The translations under genes and the position numbers were made by a program. From Flavobacteriaceae bacterium (GTDB taxonomy: Bacteria > Bacteroidota > Bacteroidia > Flavobacteriales > Flavobacteriaceae), in assembly GCA_030835845.1 (NCBI GenBank), contig JAUROD010000023.1, positions 14,051 through 78,050 of the forward strand: DNA of 64,000 nucleotides, in the 5' to 3' direction. The notes beneath the pieces were generated by a model. It did no database searches. It was not told where the DNA came from and saw only the letters and a program-made list of their open reading frames with translations. This document shows, piece after piece, positions 10,816-20,232 of the stretch (within the stretch, counting starts at the first letter, position 1; the number at the start of each line of letters is the position of its first letter).

Positions 10816-11550
10816 TATGATAGCCCCAATTGCTGTCAAAATCAAAATCAATTTCCGGTAATTTAATTCCTTCATTTTTTTAACGATTCTTACACCTACA
10901 TACAACCCTAATCCCAGAAACGGAATAAATTGTAGGCTAGTTAATATTGAGTCAGTACTGATTGTTTTCCAAACCCAAACATGAAAAGGCATTTTAAAAA
11001 GGTTTATAATGAAAAATACATAGGCAGATGTTCCAATAAAAATATTTTTCGGGAGGCGCATTGCAAGGAAATAAATATTAGTTACTGCTCCAGCAAGATT
11101 TCCAATCATGGTTGTAAAACCTGCTAATGCCCCCATAGAACTAGAGAACCACCAATGATCAGGAACTTTCTTCAAGGGTCGCTTTTCCCAATAAAAGAGC
11201 ATTAATGTAGTTATTAAAACAAGTAAAGCCATACCCGTTTTAAAGGCATTTTCATCTAACTTATTTCCTCCGTATGTTCCAATAATTACTCCAATGAACA
11301 TCCAAGGCATAAGTCGATAAACATATTTCCAATTTGTATGTTTTTTGTAGTAGATAATAGCAAAAATATCTCCGAATATTAGAAGTGGCATCAAAATTCC
11401 GGTTGATGACTTTGCGTCAAACACGAAAACAAATAATGTAACTACAAGAACAGCTATTCCTTTCACACCAGATTTTGAAATTCCAAGCAAGAAAGCTCCA
11501 ATCGCTCCTGCACCAAATGTTAAATAAGTTGAGGGTAATAATTCCAACAT
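10801..11550 (-). CDS. TauE/SafE family sulfite exporter (TSUP)
   Basis: GISKSGVKG, GFTTMIGNLAG, INLFKMPF; about 8 hydrophobic helices. Confidence 0.8.
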   Translation of the reverse strand: MLELLPSTYLTFGAGAIGAFLLGISKSGVKGIAVLVVTLFVFVFDAKSSTGILMPLLIFGDIFAIIYYKKHTNWKYVYRLMPWMFIGVIIGTYGGNKLDENAFKTGMALLVLITTLMLFYWEKRPLKKVPDHWWFSSSMGALAGFTTMIGNLAGAVTNIYFLAMRLPKNIFIGTSAYVFFIINLFKMPFHVWVWKTISTDSILTSLQFIPFLGLGLYVGVRIVKKMKELNYRKLILILTAIGAIILFFR

Positions 11551-11577
11551 AATTTAATTACAATTTAGTGTTTTTAT

Positions 11578-12471
11578 ATGGATGATATTGTAACAAATGC
11601 CCATCTTTGTACACATCTTCCATTTGTGAAAAATATACCACCAGCTGTTCGATTTATGTTGCTTAGCACGTTAAGCTTTGCGTTGATGAATGCTTTAGTC
11701 AAATATTTGGTGCATTTTCCAACATTTGAAATTGTTTTCTTTAGATCTTTAAGTTCGTTGCTAATCACAACTGCTATTCTTAAAACAAAAAAGATACCTT
11801 TTAAACCTAATAAAAGAAGTTTGTTGATTATTCGGGGAATTATGGGTGTAACCTCCATGTCGTTATTTTTCATGAGCGCCCATTATATTTCCATTGGATC
11901 AGCAGTTACAATTCGTTACATAGCACCACTATTCACAGCTTTAATGGCAATTTTATTTTTAAAAGAAAAAATATTTTCTCTTCAATGGTTGTTTTTTATT
12001 GTTGCATTCATTGGTGTGATTTTAATTAAAGGGTTTGATGAATCAGTCAGTGTTCTTGGTTTCTCATTGGCAGTTGGAGCAGCTTTTACAAGCGCCATTG
12101 TCTATATAATAATTTCTAAAATCGGATATCAAGATCACCCGATTTTGATTGTCCATTACTTTATGGGTATAGCTACAATTGTTGGTGCTTTAGGAATGAC
12201 ATTTTCTTGGGTTCAACCTAGTTTAATTGAATTATCAATGCTCTTGTTTTTAGGAGTGTTAGGTTATTTTGGTCAAATTTTTATGACAAAAGCTTTTCAA
12301 TCCGATGAGGCAAGTAAAGTTGCCCCTATTAAATATGTGGAAGTTTTGTTTACACTTAGCTTTGGTGTGTATTGGTTTGGAGAGGTATATACAATTTTAA
12401 GCTTAGCTGGTATTTTTCTTGTGATTTTTGGTCTTTCTGCCAATATTATTTACAAAAACAAGAAGACTTAA
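11578..12471 (+). CDS. DMT/EamA family transporter
   Basis: Two EamA repeats (EIVFFRS, APLFTALMAILFLKEK, GQIFMTKAF, APIKY). True start may be slightly downstream. Confidence 0.85.
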   Translation: MDDIVTNAHLCTHLPFVKNIPPAVRFMLLSTLSFALMNALVKYLVHFPTFEIVFFRSLSSLLITTAILKTKKIPFKPNKRSLLIIRGIMGVTSMSLFFMSAHYISIGSAVTIRYIAPLFTALMAILFLKEKIFSLQWLFFIVAFIGVILIKGFDESVSVLGFSLAVGAAFTSAIVYIIISKIGYQDHPILIVHYFMGIATIVGALGMTFSWVQPSLIELSMLLFLGVLGYFGQIFMTKAFQSDEASKVAPIKYVEVLFTLSFGVYWFGEVYTILSLAGIFLVIFGLSANIIYKNKKT

Positions 12472-12582
12472 AAAATGAAACAAAAAAAATCATCTTTTTA
12501 AGATTTGTTAATTTTAGCACTACTATTTTTTTTTGATTGCTCAATCTCCTAAAATATAGTAACTTACCTAAAATTTAACTAT

Positions 12583-13635
12583 ATGAGTGACTTCAAATAC
12601 CTATTTGCCTACTCTATACCATTAATGACCTTAGTTTCTTTAAGTTCTAGTGGTGTATATACTTTTGCCACACCATTTTATGCTTTTGTAATTATTCCAT
12701 TACTTGAGATAACTTTGAAGGATTTTGACACTACTTATTCAGAAGCTCAAAAAGAAAAAAGACTCAACAATATACTTTTTGATTTACTCCTATATTTCAA
12801 TATTCCATTTGTTTTTGGTTTATTAGCAATGGGTTTTTACATTTTAAATACTCAAGTATTAACAACAGTTGAGGTTATTGGAACAATTCTTTCCCTCGGA
12901 ATCCTGCTAGCTACAAATGCGATTAATGTAGCACATGAATTAGGGCACAGGGTATCTCAATTTGAACGAACACTCTCTAAATTATTACTTTTACCTTGCC
13001 TGTATATGCATTTTTATTTGGAGCATAATTTTGGTCATCACAAAAATGTAGCAACCCCCCAAGACCCAGCTACTTCAAAACTAAATCAAACTGTTTATCA
13101 TTTTTGGATAAGCTCAGTTATTACTCAATATCGTAATGCGTGGAAACTTCAATTAAGTTTTTTGAGACAAGCTAATCGTTCTTTTATTTCGGTTAAAAAT
13201 GATATGTTATGGTATTCCTTGTTTCAAACGACTTACCTAGGGTTTATGTTATTATTATTTGGTTTTGAAGGATTAATTTATTCTTTATGTGTTGGGGTTT
13301 TATCGTTTATTTTTTTGGAAACAATCAATTATGTAGAACATTACGGTTTAGTTCGTAAGAAACTTCCCTCTGGACGATATGAACGTGTTCAAACACATCA
13401 TTCTTGGAATTCAAATCATATCATTGGGAGAATAGTCTTGTATGAGTTAACACGACATAGTGACCATCATTTCAAGGCATCTAAAAAATATCAAGTACTT
13501 GAGAATAAGACAGAAAGTCCTCAATTGCCTTTTGGTTATCCGACGTCTATTTTGTTATCATTAATTCCGCCACTTTGGTTTAGACTAATGAATCCCAGAA
13601 TCCCTTCGGATCAAATGAATCTAAATAGTGCATAA
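12583..13635 (+). CDS. alkB: alkane 1-monooxygenase (membrane di-iron hydroxylase)
   Basis: All AlkB His boxes: HELGH, EHNFGHH, NYVEHYG, LTRHSDHH; also TPQDPATS and PQLPFGY. Confidence 0.9.
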   Translation: MSDFKYLFAYSIPLMTLVSLSSSGVYTFATPFYAFVIIPLLEITLKDFDTTYSEAQKEKRLNNILFDLLLYFNIPFVFGLLAMGFYILNTQVLTTVEVIGTILSLGILLATNAINVAHELGHRVSQFERTLSKLLLLPCLYMHFYLEHNFGHHKNVATPQDPATSKLNQTVYHFWISSVITQYRNAWKLQLSFLRQANRSFISVKNDMLWYSLFQTTYLGFMLLLFGFEGLIYSLCVGVLSFIFLETINYVEHYGLVRKKLPSGRYERVQTHHSWNSNHIIGRIVLYELTRHSDHHFKASKKYQVLENKTESPQLPFGYPTSILLSLIPPLWFRLMNPRIPSDQMNLNSA

Positions 13636-13678
13636 ACTTTTTTTTCTTGTTTATCTTTAGTAAAAGTTAGCTTATTTT

Positions 13679-13858
13679 TTAAGATTTGTTTTCAGGAAAC
13701 AAAAACTCCTTCCATCTGATATATAGTGCAATGATACAAAATATACTTCCAAATGGAAGTAGCCAGATAGCAATGAGAAGAGAGTAAAAAGTCCACGAAT
13801 TAGACGTTTTTATTTGCTTGCCATAAGTATCAAGAAATTGATTAATCTTTGTTCTCAT
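13679..13858 (-). CDS. small hypothetical membrane protein, 59 aa (not in ORF track)
   Basis: MRTKINQFLDTYGKQIKTSNSWTFYSLLIAIWLLPFGSIFCIIALYIRWKEFLFPENKS*; a TAAATTTG box lies 5 nt before the ATG; fills an otherwise long intergenic gap. Confidence 0.6.
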   Translation of the reverse strand: MRTKINQFLDTYGKQIKTSNSWTFYSLLIAIWLLPFGSIFCIIALYIRWKEFLFPENKS

Positions 13859-13863
13859 TGGTG

Positions 13864-13871
13864 CAAATTTA
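13864..13871 (-). promoter_or_regulatory. Bacteroidota -7 promoter box TAAATTTG
   Basis: caaattta on + strand matches TAnnTTTG on - strand, just upstream of the 59-aa ORF. Confidence 0.55.
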
Positions 13872-13996
13872 GTTATTTAAAAGGCAGTTAAAGCTAAAAT
13901 ACAATGCTTAATTTGGCTATGAAGCAACAAGAAATGAAGTAAATAATGTTATTTTTGAATACAAGCCTCTTTAATCACTAAAACAAACCGATTAGT

Positions 13997-15154
13997 ATGA
14001 ATTTTAACTTAACAGAAGAACATTTATTAACACGTCAATCTGCTCGTGAATTAGCAGAAAGGGCAAAGTCTGATGTAATTGAACGGGACATAGAAATGAG
14101 TTACCCTAATTCATTAGTAAATCAAATGGGAGAACTTGGTTTTATGGGAATTATGTCCTCTCCAGATTTCGGAGGTAGTGGGATGGATACGCTTTCCTAT
14201 GTTTTAGCAATTGAGGAGATTTCTAAAGTAGACGCAAGTCTAGGTGTAATCATGAGTGCTCATAATTCCCTTGTAGTGTGGGGTATAGAAAAATTCGCTT
14301 CCGAAGAACTTAAACAACGTTATTTAACGAATTTAGTTAGTGGTAAATCTGTGGGTTGTTTTTGTTTATCTGAACCTGAGGCAGGGAGTGATGCTACTAG
14401 TCAAAAAACAACCGCTAAAGATTGTGGAGACTATTATCTTCTGAATGGAGTGAAAAACTGGATTACTAGTGGAGGAACATCAGATTATCATGTTGTAATT
14501 GCCCAAACTGACCCTGAGAAAGGACATAGAGGAATCAATGCATTAATTGTTGAAAAAAATTGGGATGGTGTTCGTATCGGACCAAAAGAAGATAAACTTG
14601 GTATACGTTCCTCGGATACACATTCCATTAGTTATACAGATGTTAAGGTACCAAAGTCAAATCGCATAGGGGAGGACGGATTTGGATTTAAGTTTGCTAT
14701 GAAAACCCTTGAAGGTGGACGAATTGGAATTGCAGCACAAGCTTTAGGTATTGCTTCAGGTGCTTACGAATTAGCTGCTAAATATGCCAATATCAGAAAA
14801 ACATTTGGGAAACCTATTATTGAACACCAAGCTATTGCTTTTAAATTAGCTGATATGGCAATGGAGATTGAAAGTGCAAGAATGTTAGTCTACAGGTCCG
14901 CGGTACTTAAAGATGAAGGAAAACCATTTGGATATGCAAGTGCAATGGCAAAATTAAAAGCCTCTGAGGTTGCAATGAATGTAACAGTCGAAGCTGTTCA
15001 GGTTTTTGGAGGAAATGGATATGTCAAAGAATATCATGTTGAGCGTTTAATGCGTGATGCAAAAATCACACAGATATATGAAGGAACGTCTGAAATTCAA
15101 AGAATTATTTTGGCACGTCAGATTGCAGCAGGAGAATTATATTTAGATTTTTAA
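13997..15154 (+). CDS. acyl-CoA dehydrogenase (short-chain/butyryl-CoA type)
   Basis: FCLSEPEAGSDA, LNGVKNWITSG, KLGIRSSDT, QIYEGTSEIQR. Confidence 0.93.
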   Translation: MNFNLTEEHLLTRQSARELAERAKSDVIERDIEMSYPNSLVNQMGELGFMGIMSSPDFGGSGMDTLSYVLAIEEISKVDASLGVIMSAHNSLVVWGIEKFASEELKQRYLTNLVSGKSVGCFCLSEPEAGSDATSQKTTAKDCGDYYLLNGVKNWITSGGTSDYHVVIAQTDPEKGHRGINALIVEKNWDGVRIGPKEDKLGIRSSDTHSISYTDVKVPKSNRIGEDGFGFKFAMKTLEGGRIGIAAQALGIASGAYELAAKYANIRKTFGKPIIEHQAIAFKLADMAMEIESARMLVYRSAVLKDEGKPFGYASAMAKLKASEVAMNVTVEAVQVFGGNGYVKEYHVERLMRDAKITQIYEGTSEIQRIILARQIAAGELYLDF

Positions 15155-15175
15155 TAAGTTATCCATTTTTTTATA

Positions 15176-16702
15176 ATGAAAAACAATCACTTTAGAACTG
15201 TCAATCCTAGTACAAATAAAAATATACCAATTGACTATCCACAAGCTTCAATTGAAGAGGTTAACCAAAGTGTTATTCTTGCGAAGGACGCATTTATATC
15301 TTATCGTGGTAAATCACAAATACAACGAGCAGCTTTTCTCCGTCAAATCATAGTATGCCTCAATAACTTAAAAGAGGAAATTATTTCTATTTGTCATCTT
15401 GAAACAGCATTACCATTGGGTAGGCTTGAAGGTGAATTCTTGAGAACAACAGGTCAAATTAGCATGTTTGCTGATTTGTTGGAAAATGGTTCCTGGGTCG
15501 ACGCAATAATTGATACCGCACAACCAGATCGCAAGCCAACTCCAAGAGTTGATTTACGTCAAATGCTCATTCCTTTGGGTCCAGTTGCAGTATTTGGAGC
15601 AAGTAATTTTCCCTTGGCTTTTTCAGTAGCAGGTGGAGATACAATCTCTGCCTTAGCATCCGGTTGTACTGTTGTAGTAAAGTCTCATCCAGAACATCCT
15701 GGAACTTCAAAGTTTTTGGCAAATGCAATTACTGATGCATTGAGTTTATGTGACTTACCTGAAGCTGTTTTTCAACTTCTTCAGGGAGACACTCACCAGC
15801 TTGGAGCTGAATTAGTTCAACATCCAGAAATTAAAGCAGTTGGCTTTACAGGTTCTTTCAGTGGAGGTAAAGCTCTATTTGATCTAGCAAATCAGCGTCC
15901 TGAGCCAATTCCAGTTTTTGCAGAAATGGGAAGCGTCAATCCAGTTTTGATTTTACCAAATACATTAGCCTCTAACGGTGATGAAATAGCAAAGGGACTA
16001 GCTCAATCTGTATCTTTAGGTGTTGGGCAGTTTTGTACAAACCCTGGTTTGGTTTTTTTTGTTGATTCAGAAGGTTCAGATGAATTTTTAACAACTTTAG
16101 ATAAGTTGGTTCAAGAAATTCCAAGTGCTACAATGTTAAGTCCATCAATATCAGGTAATTACAAAATAGGTCTAACTCGTTTGAAAAGAACCCCAAAATT
16201 GACATCTGTCACCAAGGGTATAGAATCAGAGGATGCCAACTGTGCCAGGACGGAATTTTTTATCACTGATTTTGACACTTTTTGTTCAATTGACTATCTA
16301 TCCGAAGAAGTTTTTGGTCCTGTTAGCTTATTAGTGAGCGTCTCAGAAGAACAAATTAATTCTATTCCAAGACAATTGGCAGGTCAATTAACAGCTAGTA
16401 TTTTTGGTGATCCCCAAGATTTAATACGTTACAAACATTCGATCGAATCAATTACTCATCTTGTCGGTCGCATAATTATTAATGGATATCCAACAGGAGT
16501 AGAGGTTACTCATGCCATGGTACATGGAGGACCTTTTCCAGCTACAACTCAAGTTCAGTCAACCTCAGTTGGAACTCAAGCCATTCGACGATTTACTCGT
16601 CCCGTATGTTATCAAAACTTCACACAAGATCTATTGCCTGACGAATTGAAAGATGATAATCCACTTATGATTTCACGTAAAATCAACGGAATCATAAAAT
16701 AA
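15176..16702 (+). CDS. NADP-dependent aldehyde dehydrogenase, alpha-ketoglutaric semialdehyde dehydrogenase-like
   Basis: FGASNFPLAFSVAGGDT, GFTGS, AEMGSVNP, catalytic GQFCTNPG, MVHGGPFPAT. Confidence 0.88.
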   Translation: MKNNHFRTVNPSTNKNIPIDYPQASIEEVNQSVILAKDAFISYRGKSQIQRAAFLRQIIVCLNNLKEEIISICHLETALPLGRLEGEFLRTTGQISMFADLLENGSWVDAIIDTAQPDRKPTPRVDLRQMLIPLGPVAVFGASNFPLAFSVAGGDTISALASGCTVVVKSHPEHPGTSKFLANAITDALSLCDLPEAVFQLLQGDTHQLGAELVQHPEIKAVGFTGSFSGGKALFDLANQRPEPIPVFAEMGSVNPVLILPNTLASNGDEIAKGLAQSVSLGVGQFCTNPGLVFFVDSEGSDEFLTTLDKLVQEIPSATMLSPSISGNYKIGLTRLKRTPKLTSVTKGIESEDANCARTEFFITDFDTFCSIDYLSEEVFGPVSLLVSVSEEQINSIPRQLAGQLTASIFGDPQDLIRYKHSIESITHLVGRIIINGYPTGVEVTHAMVHGGPFPATTQVQSTSVGTQAIRRFTRPVCYQNFTQDLLPDELKDDNPLMISRKINGIIK

Positions 16703-16743
16703 TTTAAACCAATTAATTTAGTAATAAATTTATTGTGTGTAAT

Positions 16744-16774
16744 AAAAAAGGTCTTCATCCAGAAGACCTTTCTT
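16744..16774. terminator. intrinsic terminator, probably bidirectional
   Basis: AAAGGTCTTC-atcca-GAAGACCTTT hairpin with flanking A and T runs, between convergent ALDH and tRNA-Met. Confidence 0.8.
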
Positions 16775-16775
16775 G

Positions 16776-16849
16776 TAGCGAGAGGGAGACTTGAACTCCC
16801 GACCTCCGGGTTATGAATCCGACGCTCTAACCGGCTGAGCTACCTCGCC
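16776..16849 (-). tRNA. tRNA-Met (CAT), elongator type
   Basis: Reverse complement GGCGAGGTAGCTCAGCCGGTTAGAGCGTCGGATTCATAACCCGGAGGTCGGGAGTTCAAGTCTCCCTCTCGCTA; cloverleaf, anticodon CAT, CCA not encoded. Confidence 0.93.
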
Positions 16850-16862
16850 ATTTTTATGGATG

Positions 16863-16870
16863 CAAATATA
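16863..16870 (-). promoter_or_regulatory. -7 promoter box TATATTTG of tRNA-Met
   Basis: caaatata on + strand, 13 nt upstream of the tRNA 5' end. Confidence 0.7.
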
Positions 16871-17034
16871 AAGACATAATCCTAGCCGTCAAGCATTGTT
16901 CCAAAAAAATTAATAAAACTTTTAACTTTTTCATCACTTGTAGTTAGATATTTGTTGTAAAAAATTAAAAATTAAATTTTTGATTCAAAAGTGTTAATTT
17001 TTTCAATATATTGGCAGTATAACAATCTATTAAC

Positions 17035-17427
17035 ATGTCAACCAAAATACCTTTTACTTTAGAATTTGATTTTCAAGCATCACCTCAGTTGCTATTTCAA
17101 TATTTATTCACTCCATCGGGTTTATCTGAGTGGTTTGCCGATAATGTAAATTCTCGAGGAGAAGATTTCACTTTTATTTGGGATGGGAGTGAAGAATATG
17201 CCAAACTTATTCAAAAGAGAAATAATGAAAAAGTTCGTTTTCGTTGGATTACAGATGAAGCAGATCAAGATGATTATCATTTTGAATTTTACATCCAAGT
17301 TGATGAAATTACAAAAGACGTTTCCTTAATTATCTCAGACTTCGCTGATGAAGATGAATTGGAAGAAGCCAAAATGCTTTGGGATAACCTTGTGTCTAGT
17401 TTAAAGAAAGTTCTTGGCGCAGCCTAA
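17035..17427 (+). CDS. START-like domain protein (START_2/SRPBCC, Bacteroidota type)
   Basis: TPSGLSEWFADNVN...FTFIWDG...VDEITKDVSL motifs. Confidence 0.8.
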   Translation: MSTKIPFTLEFDFQASPQLLFQYLFTPSGLSEWFADNVNSRGEDFTFIWDGSEEYAKLIQKRNNEKVRFRWITDEADQDDYHFEFYIQVDEITKDVSLIISDFADEDELEEAKMLWDNLVSSLKKVLGAA

Positions 17428-17430
17428 ATA

Positions 17431-18267
17431 ATGTATTCCTATCAAAGTATAATCGTCCCAACTCTGGCAGAGGTTTCAGAAGAGCAACTTAGGGCTTTTA
17501 CATGTCAGCCAGTGCTTACAGAGACAGTTGCTCTAAGGAAAAATTCACTTCTTTTTTGGGAAGAGCATTATTTGAGGCTCATGGCTTCTATGCGAATTCT
17601 TCGTATGAAAATTCCGCTAAACTTTACCATGGAATATTTGGAAGAGAAAGCGAACGAATTAATCGAAGCTTCTGGAGCTAATCACTCATATGCGTTAGTT
17701 AGCTTTAATGTGGTAAGAGAAACAGCACCTACGCTCAAAAATCCTCTTCCTGAAAGCTTTTTATCCATTTCTTATCAAACTCGTGAAGAAGGCTTTTTTT
17801 GTAAAAATGATTTATTGCCTATTGAGTTATACAAGGATCATTTTCTTTCTGAGGGCTTATATTCTAGTTTGTCAAGTGTAAATTCTCATTTTTATTCGAT
17901 GGCATGGGTTTTTGCACATGAAAACGGATATCAAGATGCGTTTATACTTAATGAAAACAAAGAGGTAGTCGAGACCCTGAGAGGTTCTCTTTTCTTGGTA
18001 AATAAAAATCATATCACAACTCCTCCTGTTTATAAAGGTGGACGAAAAGGAGTCTACCGAAATTTACTTTTCTCTACAATTGAAAAATCAGATAAATTCA
18101 CTATTGAAGAAAAATCTATTTCTCCTTTTTCGTTACAAAAGTCAGATGAAATATTTGTGCTTGAAGATACTTTAGGAATACACTCTATTTCTAAATACCG
18201 AAAAAAACATTTTTCAAATTCGCAAGCACAAACAATTTTTAGATTACTTCTCGAAGAATTTAATTAG
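17431..18267 (+). CDS. aminotransferase class IV (PabC-like) family protein, PLP lysine apparently absent
   Basis: FWEEHYLRLMASMRILRM, LYKD, AHENG, ITTPP, ISPFSLQKSDEIF, SISKYRKK match the flavobacterial class IV family. Confidence 0.8.
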   Translation: MYSYQSIIVPTLAEVSEEQLRAFTCQPVLTETVALRKNSLLFWEEHYLRLMASMRILRMKIPLNFTMEYLEEKANELIEASGANHSYALVSFNVVRETAPTLKNPLPESFLSISYQTREEGFFCKNDLLPIELYKDHFLSEGLYSSLSSVNSHFYSMAWVFAHENGYQDAFILNENKEVVETLRGSLFLVNKNHITTPPVYKGGRKGVYRNLLFSTIEKSDKFTIEEKSISPFSLQKSDEIFVLEDTLGIHSISKYRKKHFSNSQAQTIFRLLLEEFN

Positions 18268-18818
18268 TTATAAGATGGATTATCAGGAGAGTTTGCCCAA
18301 ATAAGGTATTTTTCTCCAAATGATTTAAGGTAGACTTTCCATAAATCAATTGTGGGAATATGAAATAAGCCTGTAGTAACTTTATTGGATGGAGTTAGCC
18401 AACTCTTTTGTCTGAATTCTTTTGCTAATTGTCCTTTCTCCCATCCACTATAACCTAGAAAGAAACGAGAATTTATAGGCGTCAGTTCACCTTTATCAAT
18501 AGCATCAATTGCTTGTTCAATATTTCCACCCCAATAAATTTGTTCATGAACTTGAATGCTACCTTCAATTAAATCAGGTCTTTTATGCAAAAAGAACAAC
18601 TGATCTGAATCAACAGGTCCTCCATAAAAAAGAGGAAAACTTTCGTGAGATAATTCAGGTAAAATATGGTCTAAATCAACTTCATAGGGTTTGTTTAGAA
18701 TAAACCCAAGTGGGGAACCTTTGCTAATAGCCGTGATTAATACAACTGCTCGATGAAAACACGGATCTCCAACTATAGAAGGATCAGCAATTAAAAGACT
18801 TCCTTTTTCAATTAACAC
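18264..18818 (-). CDS. YqgE/AlgH (DUF179) family protein
   Basis: GFILNKP, YGGPV, RFFLGYSGWEKGQL, PSYN C-terminus. Confidence 0.9.
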   Translation of the reverse strand: MLIEKGSLLIADPSIVGDPCFHRAVVLITAISKGSPLGFILNKPYEVDLDHILPELSHESFPLFYGGPVDSDQLFFLHKRPDLIEGSIQVHEQIYWGGNIEQAIDAIDKGELTPINSRFFLGYSGWEKGQLAKEFRQKSWLTPSNKVTTGLFHIPTIDLWKVYLKSFGEKYLIWANSPDNPSYN

Positions 18819-18841
18819 AATTTTTTATTTAAAATTAAGAC

Positions 18842-18869
18842 AAAAAAAATCTCCCAAAAGGGAGATTTT
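18842..18869 (-). terminator. intrinsic terminator after HU
   Basis: AAAATCTCCC-aaaa-GGGAGATTTT hairpin followed by a T run on the - strand. Confidence 0.8.
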
Positions 18870-18888
18870 AAATAAAATAAGTTAAATG

Positions 18889-19161
18889 TTAGTTTACTGA
18901 TCCTGATAAATCAGTACCTGCTTTAAACTTCACTACATTTTTAGCAGCAATTTTAATTGTTGCTCCAGTACGAGGATTTCTTCCGTCTCTTGCAGCACGT
19001 TTAGATACTGACCAAGAACCAAATCCAACTAGAGAAACACGTCCACCACCTTTAAGTGTTGATCCTACATTACCTAGGAAAGATTCTAATGCTTTTTTTG
19101 CAGCTGCTTTTGATACTCCTGCATCAGCAGCCATAGCGTCGATTAATTCTGTTTTGTTCAT
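18889..19161 (-). CDS. hup: histone-like DNA-binding protein HU
   Basis: MNKTELIDAMA, VSLVGFGSW, RAARDGRNPRTG, KFKAG. Confidence 0.97.
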   Translation of the reverse strand: MNKTELIDAMAADAGVSKAAAKKALESFLGNVGSTLKGGGRVSLVGFGSWSVSKRAARDGRNPRTGATIKIAAKNVVKFKAGTDLSGSVN

Positions 19162-19194
19162 ATTATATTATTTAAATTAACATTAAGACTAAAA

Positions 19195-19202
19195 CAAATA
19201 TA
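19195..19202 (-). promoter_or_regulatory. -7 promoter box TATATTTG of HU
   Basis: caaatata on + strand, 33 nt upstream of the HU start. Confidence 0.6.
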
Positions 19203-19287
19203 TAGGGTTTACGCCAAGTCCGGTCGTTTTTACTAGCGAAAAACAATGTTTTGTTGATAACTAAGGCATATTGTTTATAAAAGTGGA

Positions 19288-20232
19288 CTATTTCACGCTA
19301 GAACTAGGCTCAAAGCGGTATCCGTTAAGTAAATCTGCCGTTTTTAGACGCTTTTTATTAGGTAATTGTAGTTCAATTATATTCAATAAACCATCAGTAA
19401 GGGCAATTTGAAGACTTTTTTGCTCTATTATTAGACGTCCAGGAATATGTGAATGCTTTAATTTTACAAATTCAGCTTCATAAATTTTTATCGTAATTAT
19501 TGTTGTTTGCGAAATTAATTCTGTCCAAGCAGCTGGATAGGGAGATAACCCTCTAATAAAAGCATCTATTTCCTCTCCACTTTTTTTCCAATCAATACGC
19601 GTATTTTCTTTAGTTAGTTTTGGAGCTGAATACTCAGTCCCTAATAATTTTTGCGGTTTTGGTTTAAGCTGATTTTTTTCAAGTCCATTTAGGGTTAAAA
19701 CAATGACTTCACCACCAAGATTTGCTAATTTATCGTGCAAAGTCCCAGCAGTTTCTCTTGGGTGAGTTTTAATAGAAGAAGAACATAAGATATTCCCAGT
19801 ATCAATTTGTTCATCGATAAGAAAACTAGTTACTCCAGTATTTTTTTCTTGTTTGATAATTGCCCAATTTATGGGTGCTGCACCACGGAAGTTAGGAAGG
19901 AGGGAAGCATGTAAGTTAAACGTTCCTTTGGGTGGAATTGACCAAACTACTTTGGGTAGCATCCTAAAAGCTACAACAACAAAGACATCTGCTTGTAGTT
20001 TTTCTAATTCTCGAATAAAAGCAGTATCCTTTAAGTTATTTGGTTGTAATAAAGGAATGCCCTTGTCTAACGCAAACTGCTTGACAGCAGAAGTTTTTAT
20101 TTGTTTTCCTCGTCCCGCTGGTTTATCAGTTGTAGTTACTATCCTCGTCACTTTATGTTTAGTTGATATTATTGCCTTTAGTGCATGAACAGCAAATTCA
20201 GGAGTCCCCATAAAAACAATCTTCAAGCTCAT
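19288..20232 (-). CDS. fmt: methionyl-tRNA formyltransferase
   Basis: IVFMGTPEFA, DKPAGRG, NLHASLLP.FRGAAPINWA, IRGLSPYP. Confidence 0.96.
   Translation of the reverse strand: MSLKIVFMGTPEFAVHALKAIISTKHKVTRIVTTTDKPAGRGKQIKTSAVKQFALDKGIPLLQPNNLKDTAFIRELEKLQADVFVVVAFRMLPKVVWSIPPKGTFNLHASLLPNFRGAAPINWAIIKQEKNTGVTSFLIDEQIDTGNILCSSSIKTHPRETAGTLHDKLANLGGEVIVLTLNGLEKNQLKPKPQKLLGTEYSAPKLTKENTRIDWKKSGEEIDAFIRGLSPYPAAWTELISQTTIITIKIYEAEFVKLKHSHIPGRLIIEQKSLQIALTDGLLNIIELQLPNKKRLKTADLLNGYRFEPSSSVK

Noticed and set aside
16776-16849. A-C mismatch at the base of the tRNA anticodon stem and no encoded CCA; possible tRNA-Ile2 or initiator identity
   Set aside because: Paired first acceptor position and lack of three G-C anticodon-stem pairs argue against an initiator; the sequence matches my recollection of Bacteroidota elongator tRNA-Met. 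Missing CCA is common.
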